NCBI GenBank assembly: GCA_943371965.1
Contig: CALRWV020000012.1
Coordinates: 14,449-78,448 of the forward strand
Source of the DNA: Prosthecochloris vibrioformis
GTDB lineage: Bacteria; Bacteroidota; JABWAT01
DNA: 64,000 bases
Direction: 5' to 3'
Shown here: positions 57,507-64,000 of the stretch, piece after piece
Layout of the letters: every line of letters begins with the position of its first letter
Numbering within the stretch: position 1 is the first letter of the stretch
Program-made: the position numbers and the translations under genes
The notes under the pieces: model-generated
Told to the model about the DNA's origin: nothing
What the model saw: the letters and a program-made list of their open reading frames with translations, nothing else
The model's database searches: none

Positions 57507-58295
57507 ATGAATTCAATAATAAAAGTAAATAATTTAAAAAAATCATTCGGGACAAATCAGGTCTTGAAAGGAATTTCACTTGAAGTCTTTCAGGGTGAGA
57601 AACTGGTGGTAATCGGCCGTTCCGGTTGCGGAAAATCTGTTTTGCTTAAACATATTGTTGGGCTTCTTAATCCGGATTCGGGCAGTGTAATGGTTTACGG
57701 GCAGGAAGTTTCAACTCTTGAAAAGGCTGAACTTTACAAACTGAGATTGAGATTCGGTTATCTTTTTCAGGGAGCGGCACTTTTTGATTCGATGTCAGTT
57801 GGTGAAAATATTGCGCTTCCTTTGATTGAACATTTTCATTTCACAAAAGAAGAAGTGAAAAAAAAGGTTTCAGAAAAACTTGAAATGGTTGGTCTTCCCG
57901 GAATTGAAAAACTCAAACCTTCAGAACTTTCAGGCGGAATGAAAAAACGGGTTGGTCTTGCAAGGGCAATCATCACTGAACCGGAAGTTATTCTCTATGA
58001 TGAACCGACTACCGGACTTGATCCCATTATGTCTGATGCAATTGATGAACTGGTCAATCATTTGGCTAACAAGTTAACAATTACAACCGTTGTCATAACC
58101 CATGATATGGAATCAGTTAAAAAAGTTGCAGATCGTGTTATCATGCTTCATGAAGGTCATGTTTTTTTTGAAGGACCACCTGAAGGACTGTTTCAATCGG
58201 ATAACCATGTTGTAAAAAATTTTGTTAACAGACAAAGTCTGGATGATGATGAAATTGCACATGAAATTGAACAGCTTTCACGGAAAAGTAATTGA
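57507..58295 (+). CDS. ABC transporter ATP-binding protein (MlaF-like)
   Basis: Walker A GRSGCGKSVLLKHI, signature LSGGMKKRVGLARAI, Walker B ILYDEPTTGLD. No adjacent permease gene. Confidence 0.85.
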   Translation: MNSIIKVNNLKKSFGTNQVLKGISLEVFQGEKLVVIGRSGCGKSVLLKHIVGLLNPDSGSVMVYGQEVSTLEKAELYKLRLRFGYLFQGAALFDSMSVGENIALPLIEHFHFTKEEVKKKVSEKLEMVGLPGIEKLKPSELSGGMKKRVGLARAIITEPEVILYDEPTTGLDPIMSDAIDELVNHLANKLTITTVVITHDMESVKKVADRVIMLHEGHVFFEGPPEGLFQSDNHVVKNFVNRQSLDDDEIAHEIEQLSRKSN

Positions 58296-58364
58296 CAAAA
58301 ATTCATTGTGCGGGCGAGAAATATTTCCCCAAAATTAAACTTCAATTGTTAAATTACCCTGCAC

Positions 58365-58409
58365 TTATCCACAGGTTTTCCACAAAACCTGAATTTGTGG
58401 AATGGATAA
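58365..58409. promoter_or_regulatory. Imperfect palindrome containing DnaA-box-like 9-mers
   Basis: TTATCCACAggTTTTCCACAaaacctgaatTTGTGGAAtGGATAA holds one perfect TTATCCACA, one 1-mismatch box and an inverted partner. It can also fold as a TTCCACAAA/TTTGTGGAA hairpin after the ABC ATPase gene. Confidence 0.25.
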
Positions 58410-58470
58410 CATTTAATTCACTTCCTTTTATCTAATTTGCAGATGGTGTTTGATTAAAGAAGGTGTTGTT

Positions 58471-58881
58471 ATGGCAGAGACTTCAGTTGAAATTATTACT
58501 CATCAGATCCTGAAAAAAAATAGGGAGTTTTATGAAGCAATAGAAAATCAGGATATTGTGCTTCTGAAAAATCTGTGGCTGTTTTCAGATGAAAGTTCTT
58601 GTGTTCATCCGGGTTGGCATCGGGTTAAGGGATTTATTCCAATTCTTGAAACTTGGGAAGCAATTTTCAAATCAAATACACAAATGCATTTCAGCCTTCA
58701 GGATATTACGGTTTCTGCTCATTCAGAAATTGCAGTTGTAAATTTGACAGAACGGGTGATTTTTGAATTGCTTGACGATGTCAGTGAATTCAAGGTGAAT
58801 TCGACCAATATTTTCAAATTCAATGAAAACGAATGGAAAATGATGGTTCACCATGCTTCACCGATTCTGGAACAGCGGTAA
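58471..58881 (+). CDS. NTF2-like / SnoaL-like (DUF4440-type) protein
   Basis: About 135 aa, with FYEAIENQDIVLLKNLW...CVHPGW...WKMMVHHASP, typical of NTF2-fold proteins. The ATG at 58471 is preferred over the TTG at 58450. Confidence 0.6.
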   Translation: MAETSVEIITHQILKKNREFYEAIENQDIVLLKNLWLFSDESSCVHPGWHRVKGFIPILETWEAIFKSNTQMHFSLQDITVSAHSEIAVVNLTERVIFELLDDVSEFKVNSTNIFKFNENEWKMMVHHASPILEQR

Positions 58882-58944
58882 ATTGCTGCTTTTGAATTAC
58901 TTTTCTCACCTCCGTATCTTTACTTCAGTTTGTAATCTAATTGA

Positions 58945-59949
58945 TTGTTTCAAGTGACTATTCTCGGAATTGAATCCTCCTGCGATGAAACCAGTATTGC
59001 CATCGTTCAGGACGGAAAAATTTTATCCAATATTATCAGTTCTCAATGGGTTCATCGTCAGTTTGGGGGAGTCGTTCCCGAAATTTCTGCAAGAGCACAT
59101 TTACGTCTGATAACTGAAATAGCAGACGATGCTTTCGTTCAGAGCGGATTGAAAAAATCACAAATTGATGCAGTTGCCGTTACTTACGGCCCCGGATTGA
59201 TGGGAGCACTTTTGGTCGGTGTGAATTTTGCAAAATCACTTGCCTATTCAATTGAAAAACCGCTGATAGGCATGAATCATATTGAAAGCCATCTGTACGC
59301 AAATTTTGTTGATGGTCACAAACCGCAAACTCCATTCATTGGTTTGATTGTTTCCGGCGGACACACGTTGCTGGTAAAAGTGGAGAAGGATTTTTCATAT
59401 CAGTTGTTAGGTTCAACCCGTGATGATGCAGCCGGTGAAGCTTTTGATAAAGTTGCTAAAATGCTGAATCTCGGTTACCCCGGCGGACCGCAAGTTGATA
59501 AGCTGGCATCAACCGGAAATTCAAAAAAATATGAATTTCCAAGACCAATGATTCATTCTGATGATTTCGATTTTTCCTTTTCGGGATTGAAAACTGCTGT
59601 TCTTCACTTTCTGAAAACCAACCGAAGTGATGTGGAAACAAACCTGAATGACATTTGTGCATCCGTTCAAAGCGCCATTGTTGATGTACTTGTTTCAAAA
59701 ACTGAAAAGGCAGCGAAGAAATTTAAAATAAAAGATATTGTCATTGCCGGTGGAGTATCAGCAAATTCGGAACTCAGAAAACAATTTCAGAAATTGGAGC
59801 AGACAGGAAAAGTAAAGATATTTTTACCACCACCGATTTTAAGTACAGATAATGCGGCAATGGTTGCATTACTTGCAGAACTGAAATTTCCATTCATGAA
59901 GCAGTCTGACTGGAGTTTGAGTCCGGTACCGAACCTGACAATTAAATGA
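58945..59949 (+). CDS. tsaD: tRNA N6-adenosine threonylcarbamoyltransferase
   Basis: ILGIESSCDETSIAIV, MNHIESHL, VSGGHT, GGVSANSELR. Non-ATG start (TTG 58945 or GTG 58954). Confidence 0.95.
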   Translation: MFQVTILGIESSCDETSIAIVQDGKILSNIISSQWVHRQFGGVVPEISARAHLRLITEIADDAFVQSGLKKSQIDAVAVTYGPGLMGALLVGVNFAKSLAYSIEKPLIGMNHIESHLYANFVDGHKPQTPFIGLIVSGGHTLLVKVEKDFSYQLLGSTRDDAAGEAFDKVAKMLNLGYPGGPQVDKLASTGNSKKYEFPRPMIHSDDFDFSFSGLKTAVLHFLKTNRSDVETNLNDICASVQSAIVDVLVSKTEKAAKKFKIKDIVIAGGVSANSELRKQFQKLEQTGKVKIFLPPPILSTDNAAMVALLAELKFPFMKQSDWSLSPVPNLTIK

Positions 59950-59956
59950 AAAACCG

Positions 59957-59985
59957 GACCACGGACGACAGACCACTGACCACAG
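59957..59985 (+). repeat. Left 29-nt inverted repeat flanking the four-helix-bundle gene
   Basis: GACCACGGACGACAGACCACTGACCACAG. It is complementary to 60379-60407 at 27 of 29 positions. Confidence 0.85.
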
Positions 59986-60015
59986 TTAATACAAAGTGTT
60001 TAATAGTTTTGGAAT

Positions 60016-60375
60016 GTGAACATGGCTTTTAATTTTGAGAAATTAACAGTCTGGCAATTGGCCTTGGATTTATCCTCAGATAGTGGTGATTTAACAAAAT
60101 CATTTCCAAAAGAGGAAATTTATGTACTCACAAGCCAAATTAAAAGAGCTGCCGATTCAATTGCTTTAAATATTGCAGAAGGTTCAACAGGTCAAAGCAA
60201 TCCGGAGCAGATTAAATTTCTGGGTTATTCATTGAGATCAGCAATTGAAGTTGTCGCTTGTTTGCATATTGCCAAGAAAAGAGAATTGATTGATGAAAAT
60301 CAATTCATGAAATTATATAATCAAACAGAAATGCTGATCGTAAAAATCCAAGCCTTCAGAAAAACTCTGAAATAA
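60016..60375 (+). CDS. Four-helix-bundle protein (23S rRNA intervening-sequence protein / Avd-like family)
   Basis: FEKLTVWQLALDL...FPKEEIYVLTSQIKRAADSIALNIAEGS...LRSAIEVVACLHIA, the family signature as I recall it. Confidence 0.85.
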   Translation: MNMAFNFEKLTVWQLALDLSSDSGDLTKSFPKEEIYVLTSQIKRAADSIALNIAEGSTGQSNPEQIKFLGYSLRSAIEVVACLHIAKKRELIDENQFMKLYNQTEMLIVKIQAFRKTLK

Positions 60376-60378
60376 ATT

Positions 60379-60407
60379 CTGTGGTCAGTAGTCTGTCGTC
60401 CGTTGTC
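60379..60407 (+). repeat. Right 29-nt inverted repeat flanking the four-helix-bundle gene
   Basis: CTGTGGTCAGTAGTCTGTCGTCCGTTGTC, the reverse complement of the left repeat with 2 mismatches. Confidence 0.85.
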
Positions 60408-60422
60408 AATTCAAGGAACCAA

Positions 60423-61211
60423 ATGAAAAAACTGGAAACACTCATCAATTCAAATCAGAAACTACTGATTCCGTATATCACACCTGATTTTCCATTCAAA
60501 GGTGTTACAGAGAAATTGGTTCATGAACTGGAAAAAATTGGAATCAAAGCGATTGAATTGGGAATTCCTTACTCTGATCCATTGGCAGATGGGCCTACAA
60601 TCCAGCAAAGTTCATTGGTTGCCATTGCAAATGGTGTGAATGTAAAACGGGTTCTGGAACTTGCCGGTTATGTTTCGAAAAATACAAATATAGCAGTGAT
60701 TTTGATGGGTTACACCAATCAAATGCTTCAATATGGAATTGATAAGTTTTTCAGTGAAGCAAAATTGTCCGGTGTTCAGGGAGTTATTGTTCCTGATATG
60801 CCGCAGGATGAATCAAATCTTTTCAGACAATCTGCTTTGAATAACGAAATCGCTCTGATTTATCTGGTAGCTCCAACTTCAAAACCGGAACGTATTCAAC
60901 TGATATCGGAACGTTCAAGTTTATTTTCCTACTGTGTGAGCATGAACGGTGTAACAGGAAAAGATGGAATTGATTTTGACTCATTGAAAGAAATAATCGC
61001 ACGGGTTTCTCAGTTTCATTCAAAACCGTTTGTGATCGGATTCGGGCTCTCAACTCCAAAAGATATTCAGTTTGTTTTCAAAATTGCAAAAGGAGCAGTT
61101 GTCGGAAGTGCTTTGATCAGAGCACTTGAAAAAGGAAAGACAATTGATGAAAGTGTAAAATCGGGAATTGAATTTCTGAAACCTTTGTCGGAGGTTACGG
61201 TTGAGCAGTAA
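60423..61211 (+). CDS. trpA: Tryptophan synthase alpha chain
   Basis: LIPYITPDFP, IELGIPYSDPLADGPTIQ, GFGLSTP. The track start (GTG 60381) lies inside the inverted repeat; the ATG at 60423 gives the canonical N-terminus. Confidence 0.93.
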   Translation: MKKLETLINSNQKLLIPYITPDFPFKGVTEKLVHELEKIGIKAIELGIPYSDPLADGPTIQQSSLVAIANGVNVKRVLELAGYVSKNTNIAVILMGYTNQMLQYGIDKFFSEAKLSGVQGVIVPDMPQDESNLFRQSALNNEIALIYLVAPTSKPERIQLISERSSLFSYCVSMNGVTGKDGIDFDSLKEIIARVSQFHSKPFVIGFGLSTPKDIQFVFKIAKGAVVGSALIRALEKGKTIDESVKSGIEFLKPLSEVTVEQ

Positions 61212-61494
61212 CGAACTTGACAAACTCCGCGATGGCATAGATGATCTTGACAAAAAGATTATTGATCTGCTGAATGAACGGGCAAAATTGGCCAACAAGA
61301 TCGGCATTATCAAAAAGAAAATGGAGATTCCGATCTACAACCCCAACCGTGAATCTGAAGTTTTGAAAAATGTAATTTCACACAATAAAGGTCCGCTTTC
61401 TGAAACAGCTGTGAAAAGACTGTACGAACGTATCATCGATGAAATAAGAAGACTTGAAAGAGAAAGTTCTGAGCATGAACAAAACGAAAAATAA
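61201..61494 (+). CDS. Chorismate mutase (AroQ class)
   Basis: LDKLRDGIDDLDKKIIDLLNERAKLANKIGIIKKKMEIPIYNPNRESEVL. The TTG start overlaps the trpA end by 11 nt. Confidence 0.85.
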   Translation: MSSNELDKLRDGIDDLDKKIIDLLNERAKLANKIGIIKKKMEIPIYNPNRESEVLKNVISHNKGPLSETAVKRLYERIIDEIRRLERESSEHEQNEK

Positions 61495-62530
61495 TTCTTT
61501 CAAATTATACTTCAGTCTGTTTATTGTTTTCTGTCTTCTCCTTTCAATCGGATTTGGATACCTCTGGTTTTCATCCTGGATTTCACTTTCAAACCATAAC
61601 AGCTCCGATATTTTTGTCGTTGAAAATGGTGAAACCCTAACCGGTGTTTCGAAACGACTTGCAAATGAAAAAAGGATCAGATCGAGATTTGTTTTTTATA
61701 CAGTTTCAAAATTCTTTGGACTGAATTCCAAACTGAAGGCGGGTCAATATCAGCTTGAAGGAACAGAAAGTTTTGCTGAACTATACAGGCAGTTGTCTGA
61801 AGGTCGATTTGTTACCATCAAACTGACAATTCCTGAAGGATATACAAACAGAAGAATTGCCGGACTTGTCAGATCAAAACTGAAACTGGATTCGCTCCGG
61901 TTTATGGAACTTCAGTCAGATCCGGAATTTCTGAAAAAATATAAAATTGAAGCTCCAATTGCAGAAGGATATCTGCTTCCGGAAACGTACGAAATAAATT
62001 GGGGAGCATCAGAAGAAGAAGTTCTTGATATCCTGATCAGCTCAAATAAAAAAGTTTGGACCGAAGATCTGGTTGCAAGAATGAAAGAGCTGAAACTCAC
62101 AAAGAATCAGGTTTTGACCATGGCTTCGATTGTTGAAGGTGAAGCTGTACTTGATAAGGAACGCGAAAGAATAGCCGGTGTTTACTGGAATCGTGTAAAA
62201 AAAGGAATTCCGCTTGGGGCAGATCCAACCATTCAGTATTTGCTTCCTGATGGACCAAGACGTTTGCTGTTTGTTGATTTGGAAATAAAATCACCTTACA
62301 ATACATACCGCAATAAAGGTTTGCCGCCGGGTCCAATTGGAAACCCAGGAGCGAAAAGTATTGTTGCAGCACTGTATCCGGAAAAGAATGATTACCTTTA
62401 TTTTGTGGCAGACGGATATGGTGGTCATGTGTTTACAAAAACTTTAATTGACCATAACAAGGCGGCAGAAAAATACAAACAGCTGATGAAGCCAAGACGC
62501 TTGGAAGCGCAGAAAAAAAAGAAACAATAA
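61475..62530 (+). CDS. mltG: Endolytic murein transglycosylase MltG (YceG-like)
   Basis: N-terminal TM segment, LTIPEGYTNRRIA, ASIVEGEAVLDKERERIAGVYWNR, YNTYRNKGLPPGPIGNPG. Confidence 0.9.
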   Translation: MNKTKNNSFKLYFSLFIVFCLLLSIGFGYLWFSSWISLSNHNSSDIFVVENGETLTGVSKRLANEKRIRSRFVFYTVSKFFGLNSKLKAGQYQLEGTESFAELYRQLSEGRFVTIKLTIPEGYTNRRIAGLVRSKLKLDSLRFMELQSDPEFLKKYKIEAPIAEGYLLPETYEINWGASEEEVLDILISSNKKVWTEDLVARMKELKLTKNQVLTMASIVEGEAVLDKERERIAGVYWNRVKKGIPLGADPTIQYLLPDGPRRLLFVDLEIKSPYNTYRNKGLPPGPIGNPGAKSIVAALYPEKNDYLYFVADGYGGHVFTKTLIDHNKAAEKYKQLMKPRRLEAQKKKKQ

Positions 62531-62547
62531 TTCAGAATTGGATAAAA

Positions 62548-63162
62548 ATGAATTCCAGGGAAAATGTAATTGTAGCCGTAACGGGAGCCAGTGGTTCTCT
62601 TTACGCCATGAGAACAATCAGAGCATTGCTGCTGCAAAATGTTCATGTGCATCTTATTTTTTCTGACTATGCAAAAGTTGTTATCAATGAAGAATATCCA
62701 GCAGATTTAAATTTTTCCAAACCTGTTCTTCCGCAAATCAGATCACTTTTCAAATTGCCTGATAATTTGGGGGAAATCACAGAATATCCATTGAAAAATC
62801 AGGCTGCTGCAATTTCAAGCGGTTCATTTCCTGTTAGAGGAATGGTTGTTGTCCCCTGTTCAATGAAAACCTTGTCGGGAATTGCACATGGATTTTCCAC
62901 TAATCTGATTGAACGTGCTGCAGATGTGAATTTAAAGGAGCGCAGAAAACTGATTGTTGTTGCAAGAGAAACACCATTGAGTTTGATCCATCTTAAAAAT
63001 ATGACAGCAGTTACAGAAGCAGGTGGAATTATTTTACCGGCGATGCCGGCATTTTACCAGAAACCAAAATCATTTGATGATCTGGGAGATTTTATTGCTG
63101 GAAGAATTCTATCCTTGTTGGGGTACGAGCAAAATTTATTTGAAAAATGGACAGGTGAGTAA
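62548..63162 (+). CDS. ubiX: Flavin prenyltransferase UbiX
   Basis: VAVTGASGSLYAMRTIRALL, VVPCSMKTLSGIAHGFSTNLIERAADVNLKERRKLIVVARETPLS. Confidence 0.93.
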   Translation: MNSRENVIVAVTGASGSLYAMRTIRALLLQNVHVHLIFSDYAKVVINEEYPADLNFSKPVLPQIRSLFKLPDNLGEITEYPLKNQAAAISSGSFPVRGMVVVPCSMKTLSGIAHGFSTNLIERAADVNLKERRKLIVVARETPLSLIHLKNMTAVTEAGGIILPAMPAFYQKPKSFDDLGDFIAGRILSLLGYEQNLFEKWTGE

Positions 63163-63163
63163 A

Positions 63164-64000
63164 ATGAAAAAATATTTATTGCCGGTTGCCATTAGTCTGA
63201 CATTTTCCTGTGCCGTTCAGCAATATCCAACCGGTGGTCCAGTAGATTCGGAAGCACCTGAACTTGTTTCTTCATCAATCAATTCAGGAACGACCAATTT
63301 TTCAGATGATGAAATCACCTTTCAGTTTTCAGAGTACATGGATAAAAGTTCTGTTCAGAATGCTTTGTTTATTTCGCCGTCAGTTGAAAATAAATATGAA
63401 CTGAAATGGAGCGGAAAAGAAATGACTCTCCGCTTTCTGACTGACCTTAGAAAAAATGTAACTTACGTGATAACAATTGGCACAGTTGCAGGTGACAAGA
63501 ATGCTGGAAACAAACTTCCACAATCCTTTCAACTTTCCTTTTCAACCGGAAATGAAATTGATTCAACTGAAATAAAAGGTTTGGTTGTGAATGCAAAAAC
63601 ATTCAAACCATTTTTGGGCTCAACGGTTTTGGCATACCGGCTTTCTGAAAATAAAAACCCGAATCCTGCAAAAGATGCTGCCGATTATGTTACACAAAGT
63701 GGGGCAGACGGAAGATTCAAATTGTCATTTATGAAAGAAGATAGCTACAGATTGTTTGCAATTGATGATCAGTTCAAAAATGAAAACTGGGATTCACTTA
63801 CCGAAGCCATTGCAGTTGGCGAAATTTATTCAATTCCATCTAAAAAAATTGCAGACAGCTCCTATATTTTTTTTCTGACCAAGATTGACAAGACTCCACC
63901 ATCAGTTACTGGAATTGTTGTTGAAAGTTCTGATCTTTTAAAAATTACCTTCAGCGAACCTATCAATTGGAACAATTCCAAGCCAGAACTTATTCTGCAA
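63164..64000 (+). CDS. Lipoprotein with Ig-like (SbsA/Big_5-like) N-terminal domains, partial (continues beyond the window)
   Basis: Not in the ORF track because it runs off the end. My translation MKKYLLPVAISLTFSCAVQQYPTGGPVDSEAPELVSSSINSGTTNF... stays open for all 279 codons. Lipobox LTFSC. Confidence 0.55.
   Translation, partial: MKKYLLPVAISLTFSCAVQQYPTGGPVDSEAPELVSSSINSGTTNFSDDEITFQFSEYMDKSSVQNALFISPSVENKYELKWSGKEMTLRFLTDLRKNVTYVITIGTVAGDKNAGNKLPQSFQLSFSTGNEIDSTEIKGLVVNAKTFKPFLGSTVLAYRLSENKNPNPAKDAADYVTQSGADGRFKLSFMKEDSYRLFAIDDQFKNENWDSLTEAIAVGEIYSIPSKKIADSSYIFFLTKIDKTPPSVTGIVVESSDLLKITFSEPINWNNSKPELILQ

Noticed and set aside
55199-58900. Genomic island integrated at the tRNA locus (TA pair, esterase, orphan ABC ATPase, NTF2-like protein)
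   Set aside because: There is no integrase and I noticed no direct repeat of a tRNA 3' end. The genes lie on the 5' side of the tRNAs rather than at their 3' ends. I could not establish a compositional shift by eye.
60381-60422. GTG-initiated N-terminal extension of trpA (MVSSLSSVVNSRNQ)
   Set aside because: These codons are the right-hand inverted repeat of the cassette. Canonical TrpA alignment starts at MKKLETL (60423).

Overview
This is a 64-kb window from an AT-rich diderm bacterium. The gene content (TamB, Omp85-type barrel, TonB-dependent receptor with CarboxypepD_reg N-terminus, DUF3109 next to rpoN, PD40 lipoproteins, four-helix-bundle '23S rRNA IVS' protein) and TAnnTTTG-like -7 boxes fit the FCB group (Bacteroidota/Ignavibacteriota-like); that placement is an inference. 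The window is mostly core-genome. It holds rpoN, hslVU, tmk, a ctp-type protease, rmuC, moeB/thiF, a ppiD-like chaperone, aroK-aroB, split rfaE1/rfaE2, tamB, rnr, glgA, ftsH-hpt-tilS with two CAU tRNAs, tsaD, trpA, chorismate mutase, mltG and ubiX. I saw no rRNA, CRISPR array, integrase, transposase or prophage genes. I cannot point to one clearly novel multi-gene system. The parts worth a second look are: (1) a four-helix-bundle gene flanked by 29-bp inverted repeats between tsaD and trpA; (2) an orphan copy of a gene 3' end, 3'UTR and terminator in a 640-bp ORF-free region; (3) an identical 15-nt palindrome at identical spacing in two outer-membrane gene promoters; (4) a CheY / 5xGAF histidine kinase / receiver-PP2C cluster, plus a second PDZ-polytopic-GAF-PP2C protein; (5) an Omp85 barrel fused to PD40 repeats and an HExxH domain, downstream of tamB; (6) a RES-Xre toxin-antitoxin pair beside the tRNAs; (7) a REP-like hairpin repeat family; (8) candidate sigma-54, MarR-operator and DnaA-box-like sites. 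All calls rest on reading the translations and the DNA by eye; no database search was run.
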